Assembly: GCF_025526975.1 (NCBI RefSeq)
Contig: NW_026515673.1
Location: forward strand, 186,001 to 250,000
Length of the DNA stretch: 64,000 nucleotides
From: Fimicolochytrium jonesii
Taxonomy: Eukaryota
Reading direction: 5' to 3'
Below, piece after piece: positions 52,076-64,000 of the stretch. Below the pieces are notes generated by a model that did not search any database, was not told the origin of the DNA, and saw only the letters and a list, made by a program, of their open reading frames with translations. Both the position numbers and the translations under genes were made by a program. Numbering within the stretch: position 1 is the stretch's first letter; every line of letters starts with the position of its first letter.

Positions 52076-52851
52076 TCATGAACCAGTTGCATGTAAGTTG
52101 GTTATGGTCTAGAAATGATCAAATGCCTTACAGTAGGCAGCGTCACCTATGCAATGATTGGTCCAGGGCCAGACATTGGCCAAGCCATTCAAGCAATGAC
52201 CTGGTATTTTGCCAACCCTGCATTGTAGCTTATCTCAAGGCATCAGATGCATTCAAGGACCTCCTGAGCTTGTAGGATGGGCAGGCTACCCAACCTCCAG
52301 GAGATTGACCGCTGGTCACCTCTTCATCTAGGGATGCCCAGGCAGCTGGAAATCACGCAACCGGAGATGCTCCTGGGCTAGAGCATTCCTCAAAAAGCTC
52401 ATCAGACACTGCATATTGCCTTACATCAAACTCGGTTTCACATGCATGTACCAAGCACATTGACATTCAACCTGCATGTCACAGTCCATGTATGTTGAGA
52501 AATTCAATATGGGAGAAGCCTCTGAGATGTGACTTGCAAACGGGGTGAGCCCCTCGTCCGATTCGCTTAGGAAAGCACTATGGAGAGCAAGGCAACATAG
52601 ACTTCGGAAGGGAATAATACTGAGCTCATGCGTTCCCAGGTTCTGCAAGTCAGCGATAGACAAATCCTTCAAGAAGGTACGTGCAAATGCATGGATGCAT
52701 GGACTCTGCACAATCATCTACAATGCTCTATAATCTAAGTTCAGGGCGTCACCGCAGATCCCAGCTATTATGGGATGTGTGCATCTATATCTATAACTCG
52801 ATAACGCAAGCCTACGAGCGCGCAAGAGATTAGGGAGACTACATATACAGG

Positions 52852-54952
52852 TCATTTGCCAGAAGCAATCACGAAGTCAACCCAATCTTTCCACCTCCGG
52901 TCCCACACAATTTTCGCCGTTCGCTGCTCCGCACGAGTCAGGCCCGAGAAGGTGATTCCGTTGAGGGAAAGTTGCTTCAATGAGCGAAGATCAAGCGACT
53001 CGAATGCCATGTACACCTGGTAGTAGTCCGGCGTCACACCTTCATAGCCTAGGTTGATAAAGTGACGATTTCCATTACATCTTTCATGTGCTTATGAAGC
53101 ACTTTGTAGGCAAGGCCGCGGCGCTCATGTACTTACCATAGAGCATAGGATCGTCCGGAGCCAACGTCACTTGTACACCGCTTAGTAGCAGGTCAATGAC
53201 TGGATGCTCTCGCAAATCCTTGACGTAGCCCAACATTTGGTTGCTAAGGAAAACTGGTCAGTAAGCCTGCTCGCCGATCTTCCGATCTTCGGACCGTGGC
53301 CTTGAGTTGAGAATAAAAAAGGTGTGTCGTTACCTAATCGGGGCGACTTCGACTGCTATATTCTGGTCGATGACGCGCTTGATGAGACCGGGGTGTCGGG
53401 ACAAAGCAATACCGTGCCCGATGCGTTTTGTTCCGAGAAGCAACGCATCAACAAGATTCGCATCTGGCGCGGGCCCACAGCGTTGAGTCTCGCCGGCATG
53501 CAGGACAAGGGGAAGTGAGACGCCCGCCCGTTTGGCGGTGCGCTGGCCTTGTACGAGGGTTTGAAGCACTTCGTCCAGCGAACGAGTCTGGTAGAGAGAA
53601 GAGGTTGATTTCACCCCACAAGCGACAGGTCGCGGCGACCGACCCCGTTGATTCGCCGCTTCACATAACAATACGTTTCTAGACTTACCACTTCATGTCC
53701 AACCAAATCGAGCGCGACGATTTGATCAGGGTGGGATTTGCGATATTGAATCGCTTCGCCTATGGATGCAGCAATCACGCTATTGTCCAGCGATCGGACC
53801 TCTTGCCACACAAACCTTAAATCCTGAAAGTCGGGGTGGGTCTGCTTGAACTTTGCGACGATTCGGCGTACGCTGCGCAGCACAGCCGAGAATGGCTTGG
53901 TGTCACCGTTTGCAAGGTACGTTTCCCATTTGAACATGCGGATCTCGACCTGGGCATTGAGATGGGTTAGAGTGGGCAGGAGTCGAGCGGTGCGGAGTTA
54001 CGTACATAAAGTATGCCGTCTTCATAGAACTGCTGAATCAGTCGCCCTATGTATGCTTCGAACATGGGGTCATAGCGGAGAATGGACCCTAGCATCTCAA
54101 ACGACATGAGGAATTGGGCCCACGCAGCATCGTCGTTCTTGAATATGCTAGGGACGAAAGATTACCTTCCATATCAGCGCTATTCTCGAAACTCGTAAAC
54201 TTACTCCCGAATAACACTATTTTGAAGCTCCAAATGACTGTCATAGGCGTTGGCGCCACCGGGAAAAGCATCACGAACTTCTTTGCATGTTGCCCATCCC
54301 TCATCTGGGGGCAACCCTGAGGATGAACTGGCGAACTTGAAGAAAGCGAACTTCTCTTTCCTTGCCACCGCTTGATCAAATGTTGGGACCGTTTTCTCCT
54401 CATATCTATGGATATACCGAATGAGCAATGAATAGCAGACAGCAGAAGCGCCCAAATCGATGCGCTTTCGATATGTTACCTCACGAAGCAGGTGCTTCCG
54501 TGCTCTCCTTCCACCGTGGTGTTTATCAACCACTTCATGTCAACCATCGCCTCCAAATGCCCATGTAAGATCCCGCCTTTTGGCATTTGCCTTAGCAGCG
54601 TGTAGAGTTCGGATTCCTCCATCAATGGCTTGGCGACGGGGAACCGCAGGTGAGGGGGAAACGTGCCTGAGACCTGGAACGCGAGGGACTCCGTTGAACG
54701 GATTCTGGCCAGAACTTCATCCGCTTTTTGCTCCTTCTCCGACAATATGATACTTCGATCAAAGCGTGTTTCCAGATCCAGCGAGGAGAGCGTGCTGCGG
54801 GACGAGGACTCCACAGAGTCCACAATGTTGGCAATTGACCGGGTTGTCAGCAATGGCCAAATGAAGTATAGGGCAACAGCGGCAGCCACACTCTTTTCCC
54901 ACGGGCTCCACCGCGCGGGCGAGCGGTATATCCGCGCCCATTGGGTTGCCAT
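52852..54952 (-). CDS. ADA2: Adenosine deaminase, ADA2/CECR1/ADGF subfamily, multi-exon
   Basis: MPKGGILHGH, DGILY|VEIR, DLVGHE, LHAGET, NLVDALLLGTKRIGHG, EVAPISNQ, PDDP across GT-AG introns; N-terminal hydrophobic segment. Confidence 0.92.
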
Positions 54953-55171
54953 TATGGAAGGTAGGAAGGTAGGGAGGTAAGCAAGGGGGGCAAAGCGAAA
55001 TTCTGGCGGGGGCGTGAACAGAGCCTTGACAGCTTTTTTCCAGTTTTTGCTGTTTTGTGGTGTCACGCCGTCGGACTCGGATGAACGCGTCGAAATGTTG
55101 TCGAAACGTTGTCAGACGTCCTCGCATTTCAGCAACCCTCACACACATCAAGCGCGGAAACTGTCCACGCC

Positions 55172-58118
55172 ATGCCACCTAAAAAGAAAGAGAAGAAAAA
55201 GTCCAAGAAGGATATCGAAAAAGAGAAGCTACTTGAAGAAGAACGGCTGAGGGCTGAAGAAGGTACTCGGCATCCGGAAGTGTCCAACCAGTTGTGCTGA
55301 AGAGTTGAACACCAAAAGCTGAATCCAATTCTTTTCGGCGAAACACCAGAAGCACGGCAGGCCGAGCAGGCTAGGAAGGAGCAGGAACTCCTGGAGCGCC
55401 AGCAGAGGGAGGCATTGGAAGCGATCTTCGTGCAAGTACGATATCAAGCCACGGACGCCGGAGACCAATCCCGTCGGACCTGGAAAGCTTAACTGATTAT
55501 TCCCTTTGCAGGATGCTGCTCGCTTCGATTCCGAAGCCGCCGAACTCGCCACATTGACAGCGACGCGCGCTTCCCGACTGGAAGCCATTCTGAAAAGCCG
55601 CCGCGAAGAGGCCGAGGTAAGTCCTCGGACCAAGGCGGAGTTCACGTTGACCGACAGCGCTGATGACCGGGGCCCTAGTGGCAAGCGTACTTACAATGCC
55701 GACCACTGCCAAATCCTCTCAACGAGCGAAATCTGGTGACATACCTTGACGAATGGGCTGTAGACTCTGAGCGAGACGAAAACAGTTTCTCATTGGAAAA
55801 GTTGTATACGGAACTGCCTGGGATTGATATTGCAAGTAGCCCCCCCATGCGAACCTGCTCACGATGCGGCGCACAGAAATGCTCATCACGTTTGCTCTTG
55901 CAAAACTAGCTTTGTGGAGAGATAGAGCAACATCTGCATGCACCAGCAGACGGGCGAAATGCCAGATCCGAAGCTCTTGGCAGGGATCTAATCCGAATAC
56001 GGGAGCTAATTAATGGAAAATGGAACATGGCCACAATGCGGACGCTGCAGGTGCGGTAGAGAGGAGAATCTGGCGTCGATTCGTCACCAGAGCTAACGAG
56101 CAACGAATATAGCATATAGATCAGTTCCCAAGAGAGGCGAACGAAAACTTCCAGTTTCTGTCCACTACGAAGGACTACGTCTACGGAATCTGGGGCAACC
56201 TTACCAAGAACCCTCGGTAGGTCGAACACTTCCCTTCGCCTGTCAGCGCCCTGACCCCCTCCTGACTCGCGGCTGACCCACGGCGTTCGATCTGAAGCCA
56301 TAAGGTTATAGAGTTTCCATCCGTTCACATTTCCGCCTCCCTCCCGAAACCACTTGTATTGGCCAACATCGCTATCCGACTGCTTCTCGAAAGTGGCATA
56401 ACCGCAACAGCAACATATGAGAAGCAAGAGGGCCCTACGCCGATGTCGGTGATCGGCCCCGTGCTGCAGCTTGATCTGATCGAGATGCCAGACATGCCAA
56501 AGGTTGTCGACGCGTGGACCATTCGCCCAAGTGAGTGTTCGAATCCCATGTCGCGAGTTTTAAGCTGTAAGGTGGTGGAAGCGACTGACGGATGGCGCGT
56601 CGATTCGTAGTGGTGTCAAAGGATGGTAAGATCAAACGTATCACTTATCCTTTCAAGAAAGAAGCAACGGAGGAAGATGAGGATCTTGCTGAAAAGCCCG
56701 ATACCGCACCCGCCGGTGATGACAGCCAAAGCGGGGCGGATGGGCCAGGCCCCGCTGTCTCCGATTCCTCGCTATGGCCGACGACGGTAACGTTTCAGTT
56801 AGAGCCAGGATGTCTGTTGCACAATGGAGTGGCCACGGTGCGGTGGTGGAACTCAAAAATGGAATGGTGGGACGAGGACGGAATCGCAGACGTTGAGATT
56901 GATCCCGGTGGGTGTTGCCTTGGAGGCAGGTTCCCATCGCGATTGAGGACAATGATGTACTGAGAATCCATTAGCCAGCGGCCTGGTCAGGTTCAAAACT
57001 ATCCATTTCGCACCGACGGCCGTCGTGCAGGTAAATTTTCTCCCGAATTACTCATCAGCTTCCCAACGTGGCTCCCCTGTAATAATGTACATTACTTATT
57101 GCAGTACACGTATGCGGAGTTCCCATATGAAGACTGGTCCATCCGCCCGATCGCACCGAACTCCGCCATCCTTCACATCCGAGGGCTACTAAACGATCTG
57201 GAGATTGAAGTGGGGCCGGGAAAATGTCGGGCGTTGCGGCCGGCGTTGGATTTGTCGCAGCTCGCTGAAGGAGAAGCATGGTTGTTTCCCGCTATCTTGT
57301 TCCGGGTATGTGTTTGAATAATTGATATGCGCCTGATAGAACAACCCATGCTACGGAGATTGATGAGATTCAATCGCTTATGCGCTTGATAGAGACTGTC
57401 GAGGATAGGAGCCAACTTCCAGGGTCCACCTCCCAACAAGATCGTCGAGCTGGATGATCTGATACTCAAGGTATGGTGTGACGTTACATCGTAACCCTCG
57501 GAGGGACACTACAGAAACTGAATCCTTACCATCAAACACAGAACCCGACCGTTGAGCAGTTGTGCATAACAGCAATCAGCGCCTGTTCCGGCGACATCAT
57601 GTTTAGGCGGAGTCAAGCGAACCACCTGGTATCGAGCTCAAAGTGCGTCTTCCAGTTCCGCAAGTCCAAACCTGACGACAGTTGGCCGCTGCCAGAAGAA
57701 GTATGTTCTCGTCGCAATGACTCTGGAATAGAATCCTTCGTAACAAATCATTGCGTTTTAGACGGAATGGCACACATTGGTATTTGACGGCCAATGGCAA
57801 GTTGGGGAAAACTTCAAGCAGGCGGGTTATGTCGTACCTCCTGGTAAAGAAGTTACAGAGAACACAACATTCGCCGCTGAAGGCCCGGAGTCGGCCAAGC
57901 AGGTATGTACCAAGCCAGTCCACCTTGGAATGCTCCAAATACAAGTGTATTGCGATTGACACACTATCTTCATATGCAAACAGGTCCACGCAACACCATA
58001 TCACCTTCTTCGGAGTGTCATACAAGACGAAACGACTTCGACTGACGATGATTTCGTACTGTTTTCAAAGACTATGGCCGAGGTTTTGACACTCTCCAGG
58101 CTGCTTTGTTTCGCATGA
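55172..58118 (+). CDS. DNAI7: Dynein axonemal intermediate chain 7 (CASC1/IC97 family), multi-exon
   Basis: MPPKKKEKKKSKK plus E/R/K coiled coil, WQAYLQCRPLPNPLNE...YLDEW, GIWGNLTKNPR, VRWW...WDEDGI, FPYEDWSIRP, C-terminal SRLLCFA; family recognised from recalled motifs. Confidence 0.8.
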
Positions 58119-58274
58119 TTCGCATCTCGTAATGTACGATACCCTACACCCAAACATACACCTCCCCGCTCCTCCCCTCACATACCTCATGTACCCCAAC
58201 TGACAAAATCTTTGTAAATACAAAGGAAAGTGGAGACATATCCCCGCATATTGAATGTCCCGCATCTAAGTGCC

Positions 58275-60094
58275 TTACTGCTCAGCTTTCAGCATATCAC
58301 AGACCGTCTTGTGCACCTTCCAGTTCTCCACTTGGCATGGACGGGAGCAATACCACTCGCTCTTGCATCTAGAGCAGCGTTGCGTAGCCGTCGGATGAGT
58401 GGAACGGTTCGGGCAGCCTGGGTTGGCGCATTTAGGGGTGTCGGGAAGGAGAGTGGAGAGTGTCGGGTGGGTGTACGTCTCCGCAAGGCTGTCATATCGA
58501 TTCAGCATAAGTATCAGCGGACACAATGAGATTGTGGTTTCACGGTCAAAATGAAGGTCGAAACCTACGATTGGGCAATATCCCTCTCATTTCCAGCGGT
58601 TTTCAGCATGTCCGCGGCTTTTGCTCTGACAGTGTTCAAATCAACGTTGTCCAGGATCTCCCCTTCAAGTTTGGGCACTTCTTCCACAAAGCCCATCAGC
58701 GGTTTTGCGACACCGCCATTCGGTGGGGTAAATAAGGAGAGCTCCTCGAGGTAGCGGAGAAGGGATGCGAGAGGAGGGAGCTGATCTAGGATGGTGGGAG
58801 TGATATGCTGCCGAAGCTGGAGTGCAAAGCAAGGTCAATTCTATCAGAACAGATTCAGTTCGCAAGGGGTCCAGACAAACAGACAACCGACCTTGAGTAT
58901 GATGGCGTGATTTGTGGGGTTGAACTCATACTTGCTCCGGCATTCACCGTCCAGTAGCAGCGTGTATAGCGTCAGCAACACCTGGAAGCGGTACAAGAAT
59001 GCTCAGATTTTCCAGATGTTCCCATATGAATCAGTAGCAGCACGCAGTTACTCCTTACCTGCGCCTCCCAGGGGGCAACTCCCATTTTCTCCTCTTCGGA
59101 GATCGCCGCCCAGTCCCCGTTCTCCCCGAATCGTTCCACAACCCACTTCTTCCCCACCCGCCTTCGCCTCTCCCATGGTTTCTTTTCCATGACCCACGCC
59201 AACGCCACAATCAGATCATGCTTCCCCAATATCCTCGTCATGACGCTATACGGCAAAGCGGAGAGATGCGTCGTAATATGGCGTAGAACGGATAAGCTGG
59301 ACAAATGGGTACGAAGTTGTTGGGACGGATTGTCGAGAAGATTTGAAGCGGATTGCCGTTCTCCTCTCTCCTTGTTGCTTTCATCGCTCAGCTCTGCGTC
59401 GTGGTCCGAAACGCTCAATTCGCTGATCTTCCTAGCGCAGTAGTCGATCAGATCTACGATAGCATCACCGAGGCTCTCGCACGCTGTCTGGTTGTAAAGC
59501 AGGATCTCCAGGAGGTTAACTACAGTTGACTCGTGATACAGCTGCGGACATTCGAGAAAGTCGTTCAGCATCACAGCTCTGCGGCAAGGAGACGGAGGTA
59601 GGGGAGAAGACGCACAATAAAATAAACGCGCAGGGTGTTCTCCGGATGGATCTTTTTTTTCTTGATCTTGTTCCACACAAGACGTTTCCAAGTATCTATC
59701 AAAATTAGATCATAGACTACTGCTTCCATCTAAAGTGAATGTTCAGATTTGTTCCTCGTGCGGCAGAAGCAAACCTTTCTTGGCATCAAATGTATTACGC
59801 TATGCCGCACCTTTTGCTCATCGACGATCTGCACACCAACAAATTCCTCGCACATTCTCAAGGTGTTCCAATGCGCTTGTATGTTGAGCTTTTCCACGAT
59901 GTCGTGGTGCTTCATCCATTCTGGACTTCCAACGTCTTGCAGTGAGTGTTTCTTCAACGACGCAACCAAGTGTTCGGATTCCAAGGCGCCGAGAAGCGGT
60001 CTTCAGAGAAGCGAAGAGTGTCCGTTTAGAAGCCGTTCAATGACTACGATGCATTATGCTCTTACCCTTCGTCTCCTCCAGCGTTTGAGATCAT
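58275..60094 (-). CDS. ZMYND10: Zinc finger MYND domain protein 10 (BLU), axonemal dynein assembly factor, multi-exon
   Basis: DVGSPEWMKHHDIVEKLNIQA, LYHESTVVNLLE, DLIDYCARK, KPWERR and C-terminal MYND RCSRCKSEWYCSRPCQVENWKVHKTVC; first exon MISNAGGDEG splices in frame. Confidence 0.92.
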
Positions 60095-60524
60095 GGCTGT
60101 GGAATATGATACTGCTACCCACGTATAGTTGATCTATCGGGTTTGTCAGAGAAACACGGTGAGCAGCATGAGAGGCTCTAGAAAGCAAACAACGCGTGGA
60201 AGCCGAACAACGCGTCTTCATCAACCCTAACCGTGTGTCATGTCTTTCTTTCATTTGCCGTCGTGCACAATGCACATGCACGCCGCCTTATCTCGATGCC
60301 GCCCGATTTTGGACTTGTTTGCTGCCAGGGAGGCGGCGGGCGTTTTTTCCCAGCCCATTCCCAGTCCATTGCCAAGCCTCCCAACCTGTCTCTTTCGCAC
60401 ATCTCTCCCGCATACAGCCCCTCTTGAAGTAGCCTGACACTTCTGTGCGGAAGACGCTTGTTGCTTTACCACACCATCTTAGTCCCTCCCTTGAGCGCCA
60501 GCTCGCTGTCTATAGTTCTATACA

Positions 60525-63500
60525 ATGTCGCCCCCTGTCCGTGCGGCGCTTGATAGATATTATCATGAGGTGGCCAGCATCATCCTCACGCGTCAGAATG
60601 CTGTCACTGGGCTGGTGTGTATTCCGCCAGAATTTGCTTTTCCCATGTGGGCCGTTGAGAGGTCGCTGTTTACGATGGACTCCGTGCTTACGCGGTTTTT
60701 GAACTCAAGATCCCAGCTTCAGTCGCGATAACAACCCACGGAGACTACCGGGACGCCTGGGTTCGGTATGTCTAGATCATATGTTCGTCAAATAGCATGA
60801 TACTCCTCGCGACTAAAGTACGCTTTGCACAGGGATAACGTGTATACAATCTTCTCGGTCTGGGGTTTGGCACTCGCCTACCGGCGTATTGACGATGATG
60901 ATGGGAGAGGATGTGAGTTGATATGGGAGCATTCCCGCTTCGCCCCGGCCCCATTGAACGAGTAATTGCTCCGTTGATGCAGATGAGCTGGAACACGCGA
61001 CCATCAAGACGATGCGAGGTTTACTGTTTGCAATGATGCGCCAGGCCGATAAGGTCGAAAAGTTCAAGAATACTCAGGCGGTTACCAACGCGTTGCATGC
61101 AAAGTGAGGCTCGGTTCACATATGGCGGGCTCACTATATTCCCATATTGACCTCGTCCGACTCCGGGTCAGGTACAACACACAAACAGGTGGCACCGTCG
61201 TCGGCGACAATGAATGGGGCCATCTTCAGATCGATGCGACCAGCATTTTTCTTCTCATGCTCTCGCAGATGACAGCCAGTGGAATGCGTGTCGTGTATAC
61301 CATGGATGAGGTACATTTCATCCAGAATCTAGTGTTCTACATCGAACGCGCATACAGGTGAGTGAAGATCAGGGCATTTGACCTCCAGGGCTACCGACGA
61401 CTGACGGTACGCGTGAAATAGGACTCCGGACTTCGGAGTTTGGGAACGTGGAAACAAAGTCAATCATGGAGAGCCGGAGTTGAATTCTTCCAGTATAGGC
61501 ATGGTGGTCGCGGCGCTGCAGGCGATCAAGGGGTTGAACCTCTTTGGGGCGCGCGGAGGACCAGCGTCTGTCATTCATGTGCTTCCAGACGAGATCACGC
61601 GGAACTACACCACATTGCACTCGGCACTTCCCCGTGAATCCGGCTCCAAGGAAATCGATGCTGCCCTGCTGTCGGTGATCTCATTTCCAGCATTTGCGGT
61701 GCACGACGAGCAGTTGGTCACGCGGACGCGGAACGAGATTGTGAAGAAGTTGGGGGGCAATTATGGTTTCAAACGCTTTTTGCGTGACGGGCATCAAACA
61801 ATGCTCGAAGATCATAGGAGGTGGGTTTCAGTCGGCTTTCCTTTGCACGCCGGACATTACAAGTCGTGCCCGGGTGCTGACAACAGACATTAAACCTCTC
61901 AGGTTGCACTACGACCCCGCGGAATTGAAGATCTTTGAAGGGATTGAATCTGAGTGGCCATTATTCTACACTTACATGATTTTGGACGGGTGAGGATGGC
62001 GAGGCTTAAGAACCTTGAATTACAAATAGCTGACAGGAGTCTAGCCTCTTCCGTGATGACCCAGCACAAGTGCACGAGTATCGGGCCAAGCTCGATCCAC
62101 TACTGGTCGATTCGGAGGGCATCCCGACCTTCAACCGGCATCAACTGGCCCACGAGCCAGTAAACTCACCACATGCGCGTACGCCCTCGGTTTCGAAGCG
62201 TATCTTACCTCCAGCGCACATGCGCTTAGTGCCGGAACTCTTCATCGTTCCCCGCCAAGCTGTGGAAGCTGAGCGCAAGAGTCCAAAATCTCAAGAGCGC
62301 GTACCGAACGAGAATGTCCCACTTGTATGGGCCCAAAGTCTGTATATTCTTGGAAACCTGATTCACGATGAACTGCTATCGCCTGCGGAGCTGGACCCCT
62401 TGGGCCGTAGACTCTCGATGCGTCGAAAGAGCAATTCAGAGGTTGTGGTGCAGGTCGTGATCCTTTCGGAGGATGAGGAGTTACAGGACCGTTTGAGGAA
62501 GTTTGGCTTGGATACTCAGGTTGCCGAAACATGTGCACCAGTGAAGATTTCCCCTCCGTCGGCCCTGCGTGACGCTTATACTGCATTGGGAGAGAACCAG
62601 AAGCTTGTAAGTCATTGAGTCTATTGAAATGTGGCGATAGCGTTCAAACTCTCGCATTCGTTATAGGGACTGACTGGGCGGCCCAAGCGGCCAATGGGAA
62701 CGCTCAGCACATGTAAACTATACCGCTGCCAGGGCAAACTCTATGCCTTCACGCCGCACTTCATGGATAAAGAGGAGTTCTATCTCGTCAGCGATAATGA
62801 TTATCTTGTGAGCTTGTTCGAACAGGAACTCTCATTTGTGCGAAACCACTGGGACGCCACTGGTCGACCTACCATGACTGTAATGCTGACCCGTGAAATG
62901 ATGGCCGGCATCCGTGACATCGATCAACAATCTCAAAGGTGGCGACACGACTCTGTCCATAGTAGCGGACGCAACCTCCTCAACTTTATGATGTCTCTGC
63001 GGTCAGGGCGGGTTGGCGGGGTGAGGGTCCGCTCTGGCCGACTGAGTGATATGATCCCCACCGCGTGTGTCGAAAGTCTTGACTTCCTGGTCAGCGTCGA
63101 AAACAGCGATTACGAGGATTGGGACTCGGTGTTGAGCGGGCAGGGTGCCGATCACGATTTGTCGAAGCTGTCCTACTCGCCCATCGACACGGAGGAGGCT
63201 GGGAAGGAACGCATGCGATCGGCTAGTGGGGAATATAGGAGAACTCGTAGGCGGTCTAGCATGGACTTGCTGGCACCCAAGAGTCCTCTGGCAAGTCCCT
63301 GGGTCATGGACGAAGTGTGGACGCGAGATGGATTCCGCTTGCACGATCATATCGAGGAAACTGATGAGACGGTGCATGCATCGCACTCCGTCCGTGTGGA
63401 AACTCCTCGTCATGGGCCAATGTACGCAACTTGCGATCCGATTGATCCGAACAGCAGCCCTCCGAAAGATTCTGTCGCATCTCAAGCAGTGCTGACGCTG

Positions 63501-64000
63501 ACCCTGCGCGACGCGGGCAAGGTTCCTGCCGCCGTTGATCTGTTACGCAAATCATCCAACTTGTTCGATCAGATTGACCTGCTTCATTACATCTATTCCT
63601 GCCATGGATTGGGGTATGACATCTCAGGACTAGGGACCGTCTCCACACTCCTTGAGGAAGTCTATCTCAAAGCGATGCATCTGCGACAATGGAGTATCGT
63701 GCGACAAGCTGCCGGACTTCTAAAGAAGATGGTCAACTCTCTGACGATCAATCTTTCTGACCTACTCATCCGTCAACGCCCGGTAACAATTGGATACGGA
63801 AGCGAGGAGATGTTCATCACATCGCCAATGTCGCCGGCGGCTTTAAAGGAGAGCATTTACAAACACTGTGCAAGCGATGTACGGGAGGCCCCTCTTGTAC
63901 AAGAAATCCTAACGTATCTGGGCTCCTTCATCCGTGGCACACCTGACATGTTCGAAGGTATCATGCGTGTACGGACCCACTTCTTCATCATCGCGATCCG
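60525..64000 (+). CDS. PHKB: Phosphorylase kinase regulatory subunit (alpha/beta family, GH15-like), 3'-partial
   Basis: [89 protein letters not shown]. Alpha versus beta assignment is uncertain. Confidence 0.88.

Noticed and set aside
52100..52800. ORFs 52421..52717 and 52545..52733
   Set aside because: No motifs; the sequence looks like decayed repeat DNA at the island edge.

Overview
Eukaryotic DNA with short GT-AG introns. The flagellar genes plus fungal-type introns suggest a zoosporic fungus such as a chytrid (inference). Positions 1-1540 hold two small spliced hypothetical genes. Positions ~1.55-52.1 kb are a gene-free island of nested, rearranged LTR retrotransposons: Ty1/copia families A, C and a short-LTR family, and Ty3/gypsy families A, B and C. 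The island contains a 3 x 4359-bp tandem array and a 2 x 5800-bp tandem duplication. Positions 52.8-64 kb are compact host genes: ADA2/ADGF-type adenosine deaminase, DNAI7/CASC1, ZMYND10 and a phosphorylase kinase regulatory subunit (runs off the end). Top observation: the Copia-order element at 34699-41181 has a chromodomain with an intact aromatic cage between integrase and RT, a gypsy-like capsid, and an extra antisense 211-aa basic ORF whose N-terminus carries KQMARKT, resembling the histone H3 K4-K9 tail (KQTARKS). This is a candidate reader-plus-histone-mimic system. Second observation: the 4359-bp repeat unit has the geometry of an autointegration inversion circle (5-bp CAACA duplication at both LTR ends), present as a head-to-tail trimer. 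Family labels A/B/C are my own working names.
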